From: Chloroflexota bacterium
GTDB taxonomy: Bacteria > Chloroflexota > UBA11872 > VXOZ01
Assembly (NCBI GenBank): GCA_963662335.2
Contig: CAXXVD010000004.1
Coordinates: forward strand, 64,001 to 128,000
DNA: 64,000 bases
Reading direction: 5' to 3'
In this document: positions 27,739-37,247 of the stretch, in pieces
Position numbering within the stretch: position 1 is the first letter of the stretch
Layout of the letters: each line of letters opens with the position of its first letter
The notes under the pieces: model-generated
What the model saw: the letters and a program-made list of their open reading frames with translations, nothing else
What the model was told of the DNA's origin: nothing
Databases searched by the model: none
Program-made: the position numbers and the translations under genes

Positions 27739-29364
27739 CTATTGCTGAGGCTCTTGGTCTGTCACGAGAATGGCGTATTCCAGCGAATCGGCCAGCGCGG
27801 AATAGCTGGCCTCGATGATGTTCGTGGAACTGCCCACCGTGCTCCACTCGGTGTGGCCGTTCGTGCTCTCGATCATCACGCGCACGCCGGCGGCGGTGGC
27901 GCTGCTCTCGTCGAGGACGCGCACCTTGTAGTCCAGCAGCCGCACCCGCTGCAGTTGGGGATACGCGGACACCAGCGCTTTGCGCATGGCGGCGTCGAGG
28001 GCGTTCACCGGGCCGTTGCCCTCCGCGGCCGTGTGCTGCACCTCGTCGCCCACTTGAATCTTGACGGTGGCTTCCGAGAGGATGCTCTGTCCGCCGCGCG
28101 TCTCCACCAGGACGAGAAAGTCCAGCAGCGTAAACGGCGGCGCGTAGTCCGGCTGGCGGCGTTTGATGAGCAGTTCGAACGACGCCTCGGCGCCCTCGAA
28201 CTGGAAACCCCGCTGTTCCAGGTCCTTGATTTCTTCCACCAGGCCGTGCAGGTTTTCGCTCTGGCGGGATAGGCGCAAACCCAGGCGCTCGGCGCGGGAA
28301 AGCACGCTGCTGCGGCCGCTCAATTCGGAAATGAGCACGCGCATCTCGTTGCCCACCAGCGCCGGATCGACGTGCTGATAGGCAATCCGGCTCTTGGCCA
28401 TGCCGTCGGCGTGGTAGCCGGCCTTGTGGGCAAAGGCGGAATGACCGACGTAGGGCATGAAAGGATTCAGCGCCATGTTGGCGATTTCGCTCACGTACCG
28501 CGCCGCGTCGGAAAGATGCTGCAACTGATCCGGCTCGATTGCCGCGTAGCCCAGCTTCAACTGCAAGTTGGGGATAACGGTGCACAGGTTGGCGTTGCCG
28601 CAGCGTTCACCCACGCCGTTGATCGTGCCCTGCACGTGGGTTGCGCCGCACTCCACCGCCGCCAGGGTGTTGGCAGTAGCCAGGTCGGCGTCGTTGTGCA
28701 CGTGTATGCCAATGGGCGCGTCGCATGCGTCACGCACGCGGCGCGTCACTTCCCGGACTTCATTGGGCATGCTGCCGCCGTTGGTGTCGCAGAGCACCAG
28801 GCAATCCGCGCCCGCGTCCTGGGCGGCGCGCAGGGCGGCCAGCGCGTACTCAGGATTCGCCCGGTAGCCGTCGAAGAAGTGCTCGGCGTCGAAGAAGACC
28901 TCGCGGTTGTGGCGCTTCAGAAAGGCGATGGTCTCGCCAATCATCGCCAGGTTGTTTTCCAGCGTCGTGTCGAGCACCGCCGTCACGTGGTGGTCCCACG
29001 CCTTGCCCACGATGCAGACCGCGCGCGTGCCGGTGCCGATGAGGGCCTTGACACTGGCGTCATTCTCAACGCTGGTAGACTTGTGCCGTGTGCTGCCGAA
29101 GGCGGTAACCGTGATGTTCTTCCAATCGATGTCCTGGGCGAGGCGGAAGAACTCCTGGTCCTTGGGATTGGAACCCGGATAGCCGCCCTCCACGTAGTGC
29201 ACGCCGAGTTCGTCCAGCCGCCGGGCGATCTTGAGCTTGTCGGCAGCCGCGAACGAAAGCCCCTCGGCCTGCGCGCCGTCGCGCAGCGTCGTGTCGTAGA
29301 TGACGATCTGGCGCTCCGCCTGCGCCTCTTCCGAAGATGCCTGCTCTATTAGCGTCTTAGCCAA
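27739..29364 (-). CDS. cimA: Citramalate synthase
   Basis: YDTTLRDGAQAEG, GGYPGSNPKD, FDAEHFFDGY, LCDTNGG, HVHND, GERCGNANL, SAFAHKAG and C-terminal regulatory domain. Confidence 0.92.
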   Translation of the reverse strand: MAKTLIEQASSEEAQAERQIVIYDTTLRDGAQAEGLSFAAADKLKIARRLDELGVHYVEGGYPGSNPKDQEFFRLAQDIDWKNITVTAFGSTRHKSTSVENDASVKALIGTGTRAVCIVGKAWDHHVTAVLDTTLENNLAMIGETIAFLKRHNREVFFDAEHFFDGYRANPEYALAALRAAQDAGADCLVLCDTNGGSMPNEVREVTRRVRDACDAPIGIHVHNDADLATANTLAAVECGATHVQGTINGVGERCGNANLCTVIPNLQLKLGYAAIEPDQLQHLSDAARYVSEIANMALNPFMPYVGHSAFAHKAGYHADGMAKSRIAYQHVDPALVGNEMRVLISELSGRSSVLSRAERLGLRLSRQSENLHGLVEEIKDLEQRGFQFEGAEASFELLIKRRQPDYAPPFTLLDFLVLVETRGGQSILSEATVKIQVGDEVQHTAAEGNGPVNALDAAMRKALVSAYPQLQRVRLLDYKVRVLDESSATAAGVRVMIESTNGHTEWSTVGSSTNIIEASYSALADSLEYAILVTDQEPQQ

Positions 29365-29444
29365 GGGTCGGCCCCAGTTCTCAATTGCTTGTGCGGGAGT
29401 TCACAATGTCGCTCGACTGAATTCTACCACAACGGCCCCGCCGG

Positions 29445-30152
29445 TTACGCGGCATCCTCGTCGCGCGCGGAACCTATCAGGAACCAGCCGTACACCAGAC
29501 CGGCGAGAATCGCGCCAATGAGCGGGCCAAGCCAGTAGACCAGGTGGCTGTCCCAGTAGTTGGCCGCCAGCGCCGGGCCAAACGTGCGCGCCGGATTCAG
29601 CGACCCGCCGGTGAGCGGGCCGGCCAGGAGAATGGCGGCCGCAACCGTGAGACCGATTGCAAAGCCGCCGCTCTTGGCGGCGCGCGGCTCGATGGCAGCG
29701 CCGAAGATCACGATCACGAGAATGAAGGTAAGGACTGCCTCGATGAGGACAGCCGTGCCAAACGCAATGTCCGCCGCGACCGAGGGGGCGCCAAGATTGA
29801 CGGACTGCCAAGCGTCGGTAGGAAAAACCGCGCGCAGCGTAAAGCCCGCCAGGGTTGCCGCCAACAATTGCGTGGTAACGTAGAGCGCGCCGTGCAGCGC
29901 GTCAATCTGGCGGCCCACGAAAGCGGCGACGGTGACGGCCGGATTGAAGTGCGCGCCGGAAATGTGGCCGAGAGCGTTGACCAAGGCGGCCAGCCCCAAC
30001 CCGCTCGCCAGCGCAATGCCAACGGGGCCCAGGCCCTGTCCGCCGCGCGCCACGATGTACGCATCCGTGACGACCGCGCCCGCGGCAATGAAGATGAAGC
30101 AGAACGCGCCAACGAACTCGGCGACGACTGCCTTAAGCGTATGCTCTGTCAC
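29445..30152 (-). CDS. Aquaporin / MIP family channel
   Basis: SGAHFNPAVT and GGSLNPARTFG (two NPA motifs). Confidence 0.95.
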   Translation of the reverse strand: MTEHTLKAVVAEFVGAFCFIFIAAGAVVTDAYIVARGGQGLGPVGIALASGLGLAALVNALGHISGAHFNPAVTVAAFVGRQIDALHGALYVTTQLLAATLAGFTLRAVFPTDAWQSVNLGAPSVAADIAFGTAVLIEAVLTFILVIVIFGAAIEPRAAKSGGFAIGLTVAAAILLAGPLTGGSLNPARTFGPALAANYWDSHLVYWLGPLIGAILAGLVYGWFLIGSARDEDAA

Positions 30153-30339
30153 GGCCGTTGTACGCCTCCTTAACTAAAACGCTCCACGATGCTTGCGATT
30201 GTGCGAACGTTCTCTACTTGCTATTGTGCTAAGTGGTCGGCGAATGTCAAATGACTGGGCGTCAACGCCGCTGCGGCGCGGACAACGTGCCGCGTGTGCA
30301 CTCCCCTGTCCGTCAAACAGCAAGGAAAGCAAGCAATTT

Positions 30340-32331
30340 ATGGAGAACTCTCAAGAACTAACGGAAACCGGCACGCTTGCCGTTACGCCCAACAGCGGCC
30401 GGGCCGGTGACTGGGGCACGTGGGTGGTGACCTACACGGTTGGCGCGGCGGGTATTGCCACCGGCGGCGGCGTGCGGGTCGCGCTGCCGGAGCGCTGGCA
30501 CCAATGGTGGCGCAACTCGGCCCGCCGTGTGCAGAGCGTGGACCCGGCCGCGCCCTTCTACGTTACCGCTGACACCGACCGGCCCGGCGCGAGTCTGCGC
30601 TGCGAGGTAGTGGACGCCAGCGGTGCCGAGTACGTCAAGACTTTCCGCGCCAACGTGGGCTATCCGCCCGGCAGCCGCTATTCCTGGACGATTGCTGTGA
30701 CGATCGCAGAGGGCGCGCTGCACGCCGGTGACACCGTCAACGTGGTCTATGGCGATATGCGCCACGGAGGCCGCGGCTTCACGCCGCCGCTCTGGACCGG
30801 CTCGCCGGAGCGGGTGCGCGCGGCGGTCGATCCCACGGGCGGCGGTGAATTCGCGCTCTTGCCCGACGCGGCCCTGCCCTGGCTCAGTAGCGAACCGGGG
30901 CCGCCGGTGGAGTTGCTGGTCGTTCTGGAATCTCGCGCCGTCGTTGGCAAAGAGATGCGCGCGCGCATGGTAGCGCTGGACGAATATCAGAATCCCGTGC
31001 CCGCGCCGGAAACCGCCGTCTATCTGGTTGTCGAGACGGGCGCGGCAACGCTGCCGGACAACCCGGTGAAACTCAGCGATGCCACCACCTGGGGCTGCCG
31101 GGAGTTCACGGTCACGCCTACGGAAGCGGGCGCGCTGCGTGTGCGCGGCACGTCCCATGACGGCAAACTCTACGGCCTCTCCAACCCTAGCAAGGTGGTT
31201 TCACTCGCAGAGGCGTCAGGCAATGTGACTGAAACGGGCCTCTATTGGGGCGATATTCACTCCCACAGCCAGTACTCCTGGGACGGCACCGGCACGCGGG
31301 ACGACCACTTTCGCTACGCGCGCTACGCCTCCCTGCTGGACGTCTACAGCGCCACCGACCACAACGACCGGCGCAGCATGAGCCGGGACGACTGGCGGCA
31401 GAACGTGGCCTACACCGAGAAGTGGAACGCGCCGGGCGAATTCGCCACGATTCTCGGCTACGAGGCCAGCTTTGGCGCGCCCTACGGCCACCACAACGTC
31501 TACTATCGCGGCGGTGAGGCCGCGCTGCTCTACCACGACGAGGAGAATCCGGAAGAGATCTGGGAGCGGGGCGCGCGCGAGAATCTGGCAGGGGAGATGT
31601 TTACCATTCCCCACCACACCGGCGGCTTTGCCCGGCCGGGCGGCGGCGTGAAGCACGACTGGCGCATCCACGACCGGCGCTTTCGTCCGGCCATCGAAAT
31701 CTACTCCTCACACGGCCTCAGCGAGGAGTACGCGCCGGATCATCCGCTCTCGATGGACGTCTCCGACTTTACCTTCAACGGCCCCGGCGACCCGGGCAAC
31801 TACACGGTAGACGCCTGGCTGGCCGGTCTCAAACTGGGCACGATCGGTTCGTCCGACAACCATGCCGCCCAGCCGGGCAAAGAGGGCTTCGGCACGATGG
31901 CGGTCTGGGCGCCGGCGCTGACCCGCGCGGCGGCCTTCGACGCCATCCGCAACCGCCGCACCTACGGCAGCACCGGCTCGCGCATCTACTTGGAGTTCTC
32001 GGTCAACGGCGAACCCATGGGCGGCGAGACCACCGTTGCCGCCGGTCAGCCGGCGAACGTGCGCGTGGAGGCCCTGGGAACCGGCCCCTTGCGCTGGATT
32101 CACGTCCTGCGCGCCGACCTGGACCGGCCGGAAGCCGGCTTCAACGTCGTCCACCAAGAGTGGTTCCCCGGCAGCAGCGCGCCCCTCGACTTCAGCCTGG
32201 AGTGGACCGACGCCGCGCCGCCCGCGCGCGCCGTCTACTACGTCCGCGTACGCCAACGCGACCTGGTCCACGGCCGCGTGGCACAGGCTTGGAGCAGCCC
32301 GGTGTGGGTGACGAAGTCAGATGAAACGTAG
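30340..32331 (+). CDS. DUF3604-like PHP-family metallohydrolase
   Basis: WGDIHSHS, TDHND, GHHNVYY, IPHH, GSSDNH, RRTYGSTG, YYVRV..AWSSPVW. Confidence 0.78.
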   Translation: MENSQELTETGTLAVTPNSGRAGDWGTWVVTYTVGAAGIATGGGVRVALPERWHQWWRNSARRVQSVDPAAPFYVTADTDRPGASLRCEVVDASGAEYVKTFRANVGYPPGSRYSWTIAVTIAEGALHAGDTVNVVYGDMRHGGRGFTPPLWTGSPERVRAAVDPTGGGEFALLPDAALPWLSSEPGPPVELLVVLESRAVVGKEMRARMVALDEYQNPVPAPETAVYLVVETGAATLPDNPVKLSDATTWGCREFTVTPTEAGALRVRGTSHDGKLYGLSNPSKVVSLAEASGNVTETGLYWGDIHSHSQYSWDGTGTRDDHFRYARYASLLDVYSATDHNDRRSMSRDDWRQNVAYTEKWNAPGEFATILGYEASFGAPYGHHNVYYRGGEAALLYHDEENPEEIWERGARENLAGEMFTIPHHTGGFARPGGGVKHDWRIHDRRFRPAIEIYSSHGLSEEYAPDHPLSMDVSDFTFNGPGDPGNYTVDAWLAGLKLGTIGSSDNHAAQPGKEGFGTMAVWAPALTRAAAFDAIRNRRTYGSTGSRIYLEFSVNGEPMGGETTVAAGQPANVRVEALGTGPLRWIHVLRADLDRPEAGFNVVHQEWFPGSSAPLDFSLEWTDAAPPARAVYYVRVRQRDLVHGRVAQAWSSPVWVTKSDET

Positions 32332-32504
32332 TTAGTCAGCATTCTGGATGCTTTCCAAAGTGAGAATACGCCGGGCCAAGACTCGCCATAGCATGCGTTG
32401 CCTCAAACGTGGCTTGCGATATCTGGCACACTGTATACCGACAGAGTGGACTTTCCTAAGTTGAAAAGGCGAAAACACTGCAGCATTCGAGAAGGGACTT
32501 AACC

Positions 32505-34379
32505 GTGACGAAAGAGCCTTACGCACCACAGCATTACAGCGTTGACGTACAAAGTAATCTGATGATGACCGCCCGTGACGGCATCAAGCTCGGCACGGAC
32601 GTGTACCGCCCGGCGCTGCCGGCGGATGGCGGCCGGGGCAGTGTTGGATTGACCGGGGAAGGGCTAGTGGCCGTTGACGGCGCGTTCCCTGTCATTCTCG
32701 AGCGCACGCCGTATGACAAGACTGGTCTCGGCCTGCGGCGCAAGGGGCATTACTACGCGCGGCGGGGGTACGTGGTGGTGATACAGGACGTGCGCGGGCG
32801 GTTTGCGTCCGAGGGCGAGTGGTACGCCTTTGGCGACGAGGGGCCGGACGGCTACGACACGTGCGCCTGGATTGTGGAACAGCCCTGGAGCAACGGCAAG
32901 ATCGCCACCACGGGGTGCAGCTATGCCGGGTGCACCCAGAGCGCGTTGGCCTCGCTGGATCCGCCCGGACTGGCGGGCATGTTCGTGGAGGAAGGGCCGT
33001 GGAACTACCACACCGCCTCCATGCGCCACAACGGCGCCTGCGAGATGCGCTTCATGATCTACGCCTTCCGCATGGCCACCACCAGCAAGGAGGCGCTCAG
33101 CGACCCGCGCCTGCGCCAGAGCCTGGATAGCGCCTTCGCCAACGTCGCGCAGTGGGTGGCGAACGCGCCGCTCAAGAAAGGCGCGTCGCCGCTGGCCGAA
33201 CTGCCCAGCTACGAGCAGTGGCACCTGGACGTGCTCACCCACGGCGATATGGACGAATACTGGCGGCGTCCCGGCTACGGGCCGGAACTCTTCTACGACC
33301 AGCACGCCGACGTGCCGACGGTCTACTTTGGCGGCTGGTACGACTCGTATGCGCGCTCGACCTGCACGAATTATGTCGAGCTAAGCGAGCGCAAAGAGTC
33401 GCCGCAGACGCTCATCATGGGCCCCTTCACCCACGGCACCGGCAGCGCCGAGGTTTCCCATGCCGGCGACGTAGACTTCGGCCGCGAGGCCGCGATCTAC
33501 GACATGAACGAACTGCGGCTGCATTGGTTCGACTACTGGCTCAAGGGCAAGGAGACCGGCGCGGCGCAGACCAAGCCGGTGCAGATCTTCGTCATGGGCG
33601 GCGGCAGCGGCATGCGCAACAGCGACGGCCGCCTGGACCACGGCGGTGAGTGGCGCGCGGAAGACGAATGGCCCCTGGCGCGCACGCAGTGGAGGCCCTA
33701 CTATTTGCACGCCGACGGCGGCCTCAGCGCGGAATCGCCGTCTCCCGGCGCGCGGGCCAGCGCCTTCACCTTCGACCCAGCCAATCCGGTGCCAACGATT
33801 GGCGGCAATCTCTCAGCCGGTGACCCGGTCTTGGTTGCGGGCGCGTATGATCAACGCGGCGACGAGCGCTTCTTTGGCTACACCGGCAGCCTGCCGCTGG
33901 CCGCGCGGCCCGATGTGCTGGTCTTCCAAACACCGCCGCTGGAAGAGGACGTGGAAGTCACCGGGCCGCTTACCGTCAAGCTCTGGATTAGCTCCACGGC
34001 CGTCGATACCGACTTCACGGTCAAGCTGCTCGACGTGCATCCGCCGAACGGCGACTATCCCCAGGGCTTCGCCATGAACGTCACGGACAGCATCCAGCGC
34101 GCCCGCTACCGCAACAGCCGCGAACGGGCCGAGTTCCTCGAACCGGACGTGCCCACGCCCATCACGATCGAGATGTACCCCACCAGCAACGTCTTTGCGC
34201 GGGGTCACCGCATCCGGCTGGACGTATCCAGCAGCAACTTCCCCCGCTTCGACGTCAATCCCAACACCGGCGAACCCCTGGGCCGCCACACGCGCCTGGA
34301 AGTGGCGCACAACACGGTCTTCCACGAACCCAGCCGCCCCTCACACATCGTGCTGCCGGTGATTCCCAAGGAGCAGTAG
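32505..34379 (+). CDS. CocE/NonD family alpha/beta hydrolase (peptidase S15)
   Basis: ERTPY, QDVRGRFASEG, GCSYAG nucleophile, GGWYD, GPFTH, SSSNFPRFDVNPNTG. Confidence 0.92.
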   Translation: MTKEPYAPQHYSVDVQSNLMMTARDGIKLGTDVYRPALPADGGRGSVGLTGEGLVAVDGAFPVILERTPYDKTGLGLRRKGHYYARRGYVVVIQDVRGRFASEGEWYAFGDEGPDGYDTCAWIVEQPWSNGKIATTGCSYAGCTQSALASLDPPGLAGMFVEEGPWNYHTASMRHNGACEMRFMIYAFRMATTSKEALSDPRLRQSLDSAFANVAQWVANAPLKKGASPLAELPSYEQWHLDVLTHGDMDEYWRRPGYGPELFYDQHADVPTVYFGGWYDSYARSTCTNYVELSERKESPQTLIMGPFTHGTGSAEVSHAGDVDFGREAAIYDMNELRLHWFDYWLKGKETGAAQTKPVQIFVMGGGSGMRNSDGRLDHGGEWRAEDEWPLARTQWRPYYLHADGGLSAESPSPGARASAFTFDPANPVPTIGGNLSAGDPVLVAGAYDQRGDERFFGYTGSLPLAARPDVLVFQTPPLEEDVEVTGPLTVKLWISSTAVDTDFTVKLLDVHPPNGDYPQGFAMNVTDSIQRARYRNSRERAEFLEPDVPTPITIEMYPTSNVFARGHRIRLDVSSSNFPRFDVNPNTGEPLGRHTRLEVAHNTVFHEPSRPSHIVLPVIPKEQ

Positions 34380-34385
34380 TCTGCC

Positions 34386-36281
34386 GTGAAATCCGATTCT
34401 ATACATGAACTGACCGCCGGACACGCGCCGGCCGGCTATACGGCGCACATCACGCCGTCTGAGCCTGTCACCGTCGGGCAGCGGGGCACATGGGACATCG
34501 TGTTTACCGTGGGCGAGCTAGGGATTGCCATTGGCGGCGGGGTGCGGATTGCGCCGCCGCACCGGGAGAAGCAGCGGTGGGACGTGGGCAACGTGGTGGC
34601 GACGACCAGCGTGGCCGGCGCTAACGTGCGCGTGAACGTAGTTAACGGCCATCCGCTCTCCTTTCATCACTCGCAGTATCCGGTCGTCTACGCCGTGCTG
34701 GAAGGCAAGCCGCTGCGCGGCGGCGATACGCTGACCGTCACGCTGGGGCATCCGGGCAGCTACGTCTCCGGTTTTCGCCAGCCGGCCCAGGCGCAGGACA
34801 TCATCAGCGTGGACACCTATTTCGAAGTGGGCGTGGACATCGAGGGCAACACCGACTACAGCAATCCGGACTACCCGGTGCGCGGCGGGGGGCGCCACTT
34901 TCCGCTCCAAGCGCAACCCGCCATTGACGTTCTGCCGGCCGCGCCGGCAACGCTTGGCGTCATCGTACCCCACACGCGGGCGGATGAAGGCCCGGCACGC
35001 GTATTCATCCACGCCCGTGACGCCTTCGGCAACGTGTGCGACGACTTTCAAGGTACGCTCAAACTTGAAACCGTTGACAGCAACGACGGCGCGCTTCACG
35101 CCGAAGCGGAAGCGCCGACGGCAGACCGCGGCCTCGCCCACGCGCGGATCGACGTACCCGCGCAGTCGGGCGTCTATCGCGTGCGGGCGCGGGACGAGGC
35201 CAGCGGCGTCATTGGCAGCAGCCGTCCCATTGCGCCGCACTTTCAACCGGGCGGCTACAACATCTACTGGGGCGACATCCACAACCACACGAATCTCTCC
35301 GGCGACGGCGTGCGGGACATCGACGACGCCTACCACTACGCGCGCTACATCAGCGGCTTGGACTTCGTCGCCATTACCGACCATGAAGGCGGCAAGGACT
35401 GGGAGCGCACCCAGGCGTGCGCCAAGCAATACAATGCGCCCGGCGCGTTCACGACGTTCTTGGCGTATGAGTACAGCCTGGCCGGCTTCGCGGGGCACCG
35501 CAACGTCTACTACCTTGACGACGACATGCCCTGTCCCACGCCCGACGACCCGAACGAACTCTGGGCGCAACTGCCGCCGGGGCGCGCGCTGGTCATTCCC
35601 CATCATCCGAACACGCATTCGGAAGGCGGCACCACTCGCGGCCGCTGGCAACCCACGGACTACAGCGTGCACCATCCTGAGTTTCAACGGCACGTGGAGA
35701 TTTGCCAGTTGCGCGGCTCGTTCGAGGTCGAAGAGATTGGCGGGGCCGTGGTGCTCGGCGGCAATGGCTCATCCGCGCGCAGCGCGCTCGCGAAAGGGCT
35801 GCGGCTCGGCTTCGTCGGCGGCACGGACAACCACCGCGGCCACCCGGGCTCGCGCATGGACACCATGGGCGGCATCGATTTCCGGTTGCGCCCGCTGGGC
35901 GGCATCACCGCCGTGCTGGCGCGCGAATGCACACGAGATTCGCTGTGGGAGGCGCTGCTGGCGCGGCGCACGTACGCCACCACCTGCGAGCGCATTCTGC
36001 TCGACTTCAGCGTCAACGGCGCGCTCATGGGCAGCGGCGCGGCGCCGGACGCAGCCTTCACGGCGCATGTGGCGGTGATCGGCGCCGGGGAGATCGCGCG
36101 CGTTGACGTGATCCGCGACGGCCAAGAGGCGCACACCGTCGCCGGTGAAGGCGCTGCCTGCGAATTCACGTGGCGCGATTGCCCGGCAGAACAGCCGGGT
36201 TACTACTATGCCCGCGTGCTCCAGGCCGACGGCAACGCCGCGTGGTCGAGTCCGGTCTGGATTGAGAACCGAGAAGCCTGA
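34386..36281 (+). CDS. DUF3604-like PHP-family metallohydrolase (second paralogue)
   Basis: WGDIHNHT, ITDH, GHRNVYY, IPHH, GGTDNH, RRTYATT, YYYARV..AWSSPVW. Confidence 0.78.
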   Translation: MKSDSIHELTAGHAPAGYTAHITPSEPVTVGQRGTWDIVFTVGELGIAIGGGVRIAPPHREKQRWDVGNVVATTSVAGANVRVNVVNGHPLSFHHSQYPVVYAVLEGKPLRGGDTLTVTLGHPGSYVSGFRQPAQAQDIISVDTYFEVGVDIEGNTDYSNPDYPVRGGGRHFPLQAQPAIDVLPAAPATLGVIVPHTRADEGPARVFIHARDAFGNVCDDFQGTLKLETVDSNDGALHAEAEAPTADRGLAHARIDVPAQSGVYRVRARDEASGVIGSSRPIAPHFQPGGYNIYWGDIHNHTNLSGDGVRDIDDAYHYARYISGLDFVAITDHEGGKDWERTQACAKQYNAPGAFTTFLAYEYSLAGFAGHRNVYYLDDDMPCPTPDDPNELWAQLPPGRALVIPHHPNTHSEGGTTRGRWQPTDYSVHHPEFQRHVEICQLRGSFEVEEIGGAVVLGGNGSSARSALAKGLRLGFVGGTDNHRGHPGSRMDTMGGIDFRLRPLGGITAVLARECTRDSLWEALLARRTYATTCERILLDFSVNGALMGSGAAPDAAFTAHVAVIGAGEIARVDVIRDGQEAHTVAGEGAACEFTWRDCPAEQPGYYYARVLQADGNAAWSSPVWIENREA

Positions 36282-36385
36282 ATTCCTACGGAAGCGGCGG
36301 TTACATTTGGAGTATCGTACGCCGATGTGCTAGAATATAGAGAGCCTTCCGGCGGTTGGCGCGTAGACAACGAAGGATACGTTAC

Positions 36386-36778
36386 ATGGCTCAGGCAGAC
36401 GTGGAAGCGCGACAGAACCGGACCGCACAACCGACGATTGTCGCGTGGATGAAGCCCTTTTGCGGGTGGAGCAACGGCGTGCGGGCCGTGTTCCAGAAGT
36501 ACGGCCTTGCGTTCGACGACCGCGACATCATCAATAATGCCGCGCACTTCAATGAAATGGTGCAGCGCACGGGCCAGACCATGCAGCCCTGCGTTGCCAT
36601 AGACGACCACGTGCTCAGCGACGTTTCCGGCGAGGAAGTGGAAGCGTGGCTCATTGCGCACAATTACGTTGAACCCAGCGACGAAGAGACGGGCGTCCCT
36701 CTCGACCGCGCCTGTGAGGACGAATCACACCCTCAGCCGGTTTCATTGCAGATGAAGCCGCCTCCACGCTGGGAATAG
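36386..36778 (+). CDS. Glutaredoxin-like protein (CGWS active site)
   Basis: MKPFCGWS, TGQTMQPCV, DVSGEEV. Confidence 0.75.
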   Translation: MAQADVEARQNRTAQPTIVAWMKPFCGWSNGVRAVFQKYGLAFDDRDIINNAAHFNEMVQRTGQTMQPCVAIDDHVLSDVSGEEVEAWLIAHNYVEPSDEETGVPLDRACEDESHPQPVSLQMKPPPRWE

Positions 36779-37247
36779 CGATTCGCCCTGTTTCGCCGCT
36801 TCCGTTGACTACGTCCGTTAGCCGCGCCGTGGCCCGGCGGGCCGGCTCTCGTCAGCGCGCCACTCTCGAGCGCAGTTTCCCTTTCGCGAGCTATGGTTCC
36901 AGGTAGCAGCGCCTTCAGAGTTGGCCGCGCCTATCTACTTTTCAGGCAGATTTCCATTTCGCTGTAGGTTGTCCGTGATTGCCTGTTAGCGTCACTCAAA
37001 TCGAAAGGATGACGGTTTTGCGCCTCTACGCGCTCCACATGCGGCTACGCTGACGCAGCCAAAGCGCAGACGCTCTCACGATACAGAATCCCATTCGGAT
37101 TCCTCGCACTCTTCTTCGCTCACATTCCGGCAACGATTGCTCTCAATGTGCTGCTAGGCAACTTGGCGGCGCCGCGCCGCTTCTGTATCATAGGGATGAG
37201 GTTGGCAGCGCTCTCATTCCCACCGCAACGAGAGGTCAAAGACCGAG

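Noticed and set aside
30150-30170. ACG start for the aquaporin (6 nt after AGGAGG)
   Set aside because: A canonical GTG lies two codons further (12-nt spacing), so a non-canonical start is not required.
36950-36980. rapZ pseudogene remnant (AVGC-like translation)
   Set aside because: Only four residues resemble the IAIGCTGG motif; indistinguishable from chance.
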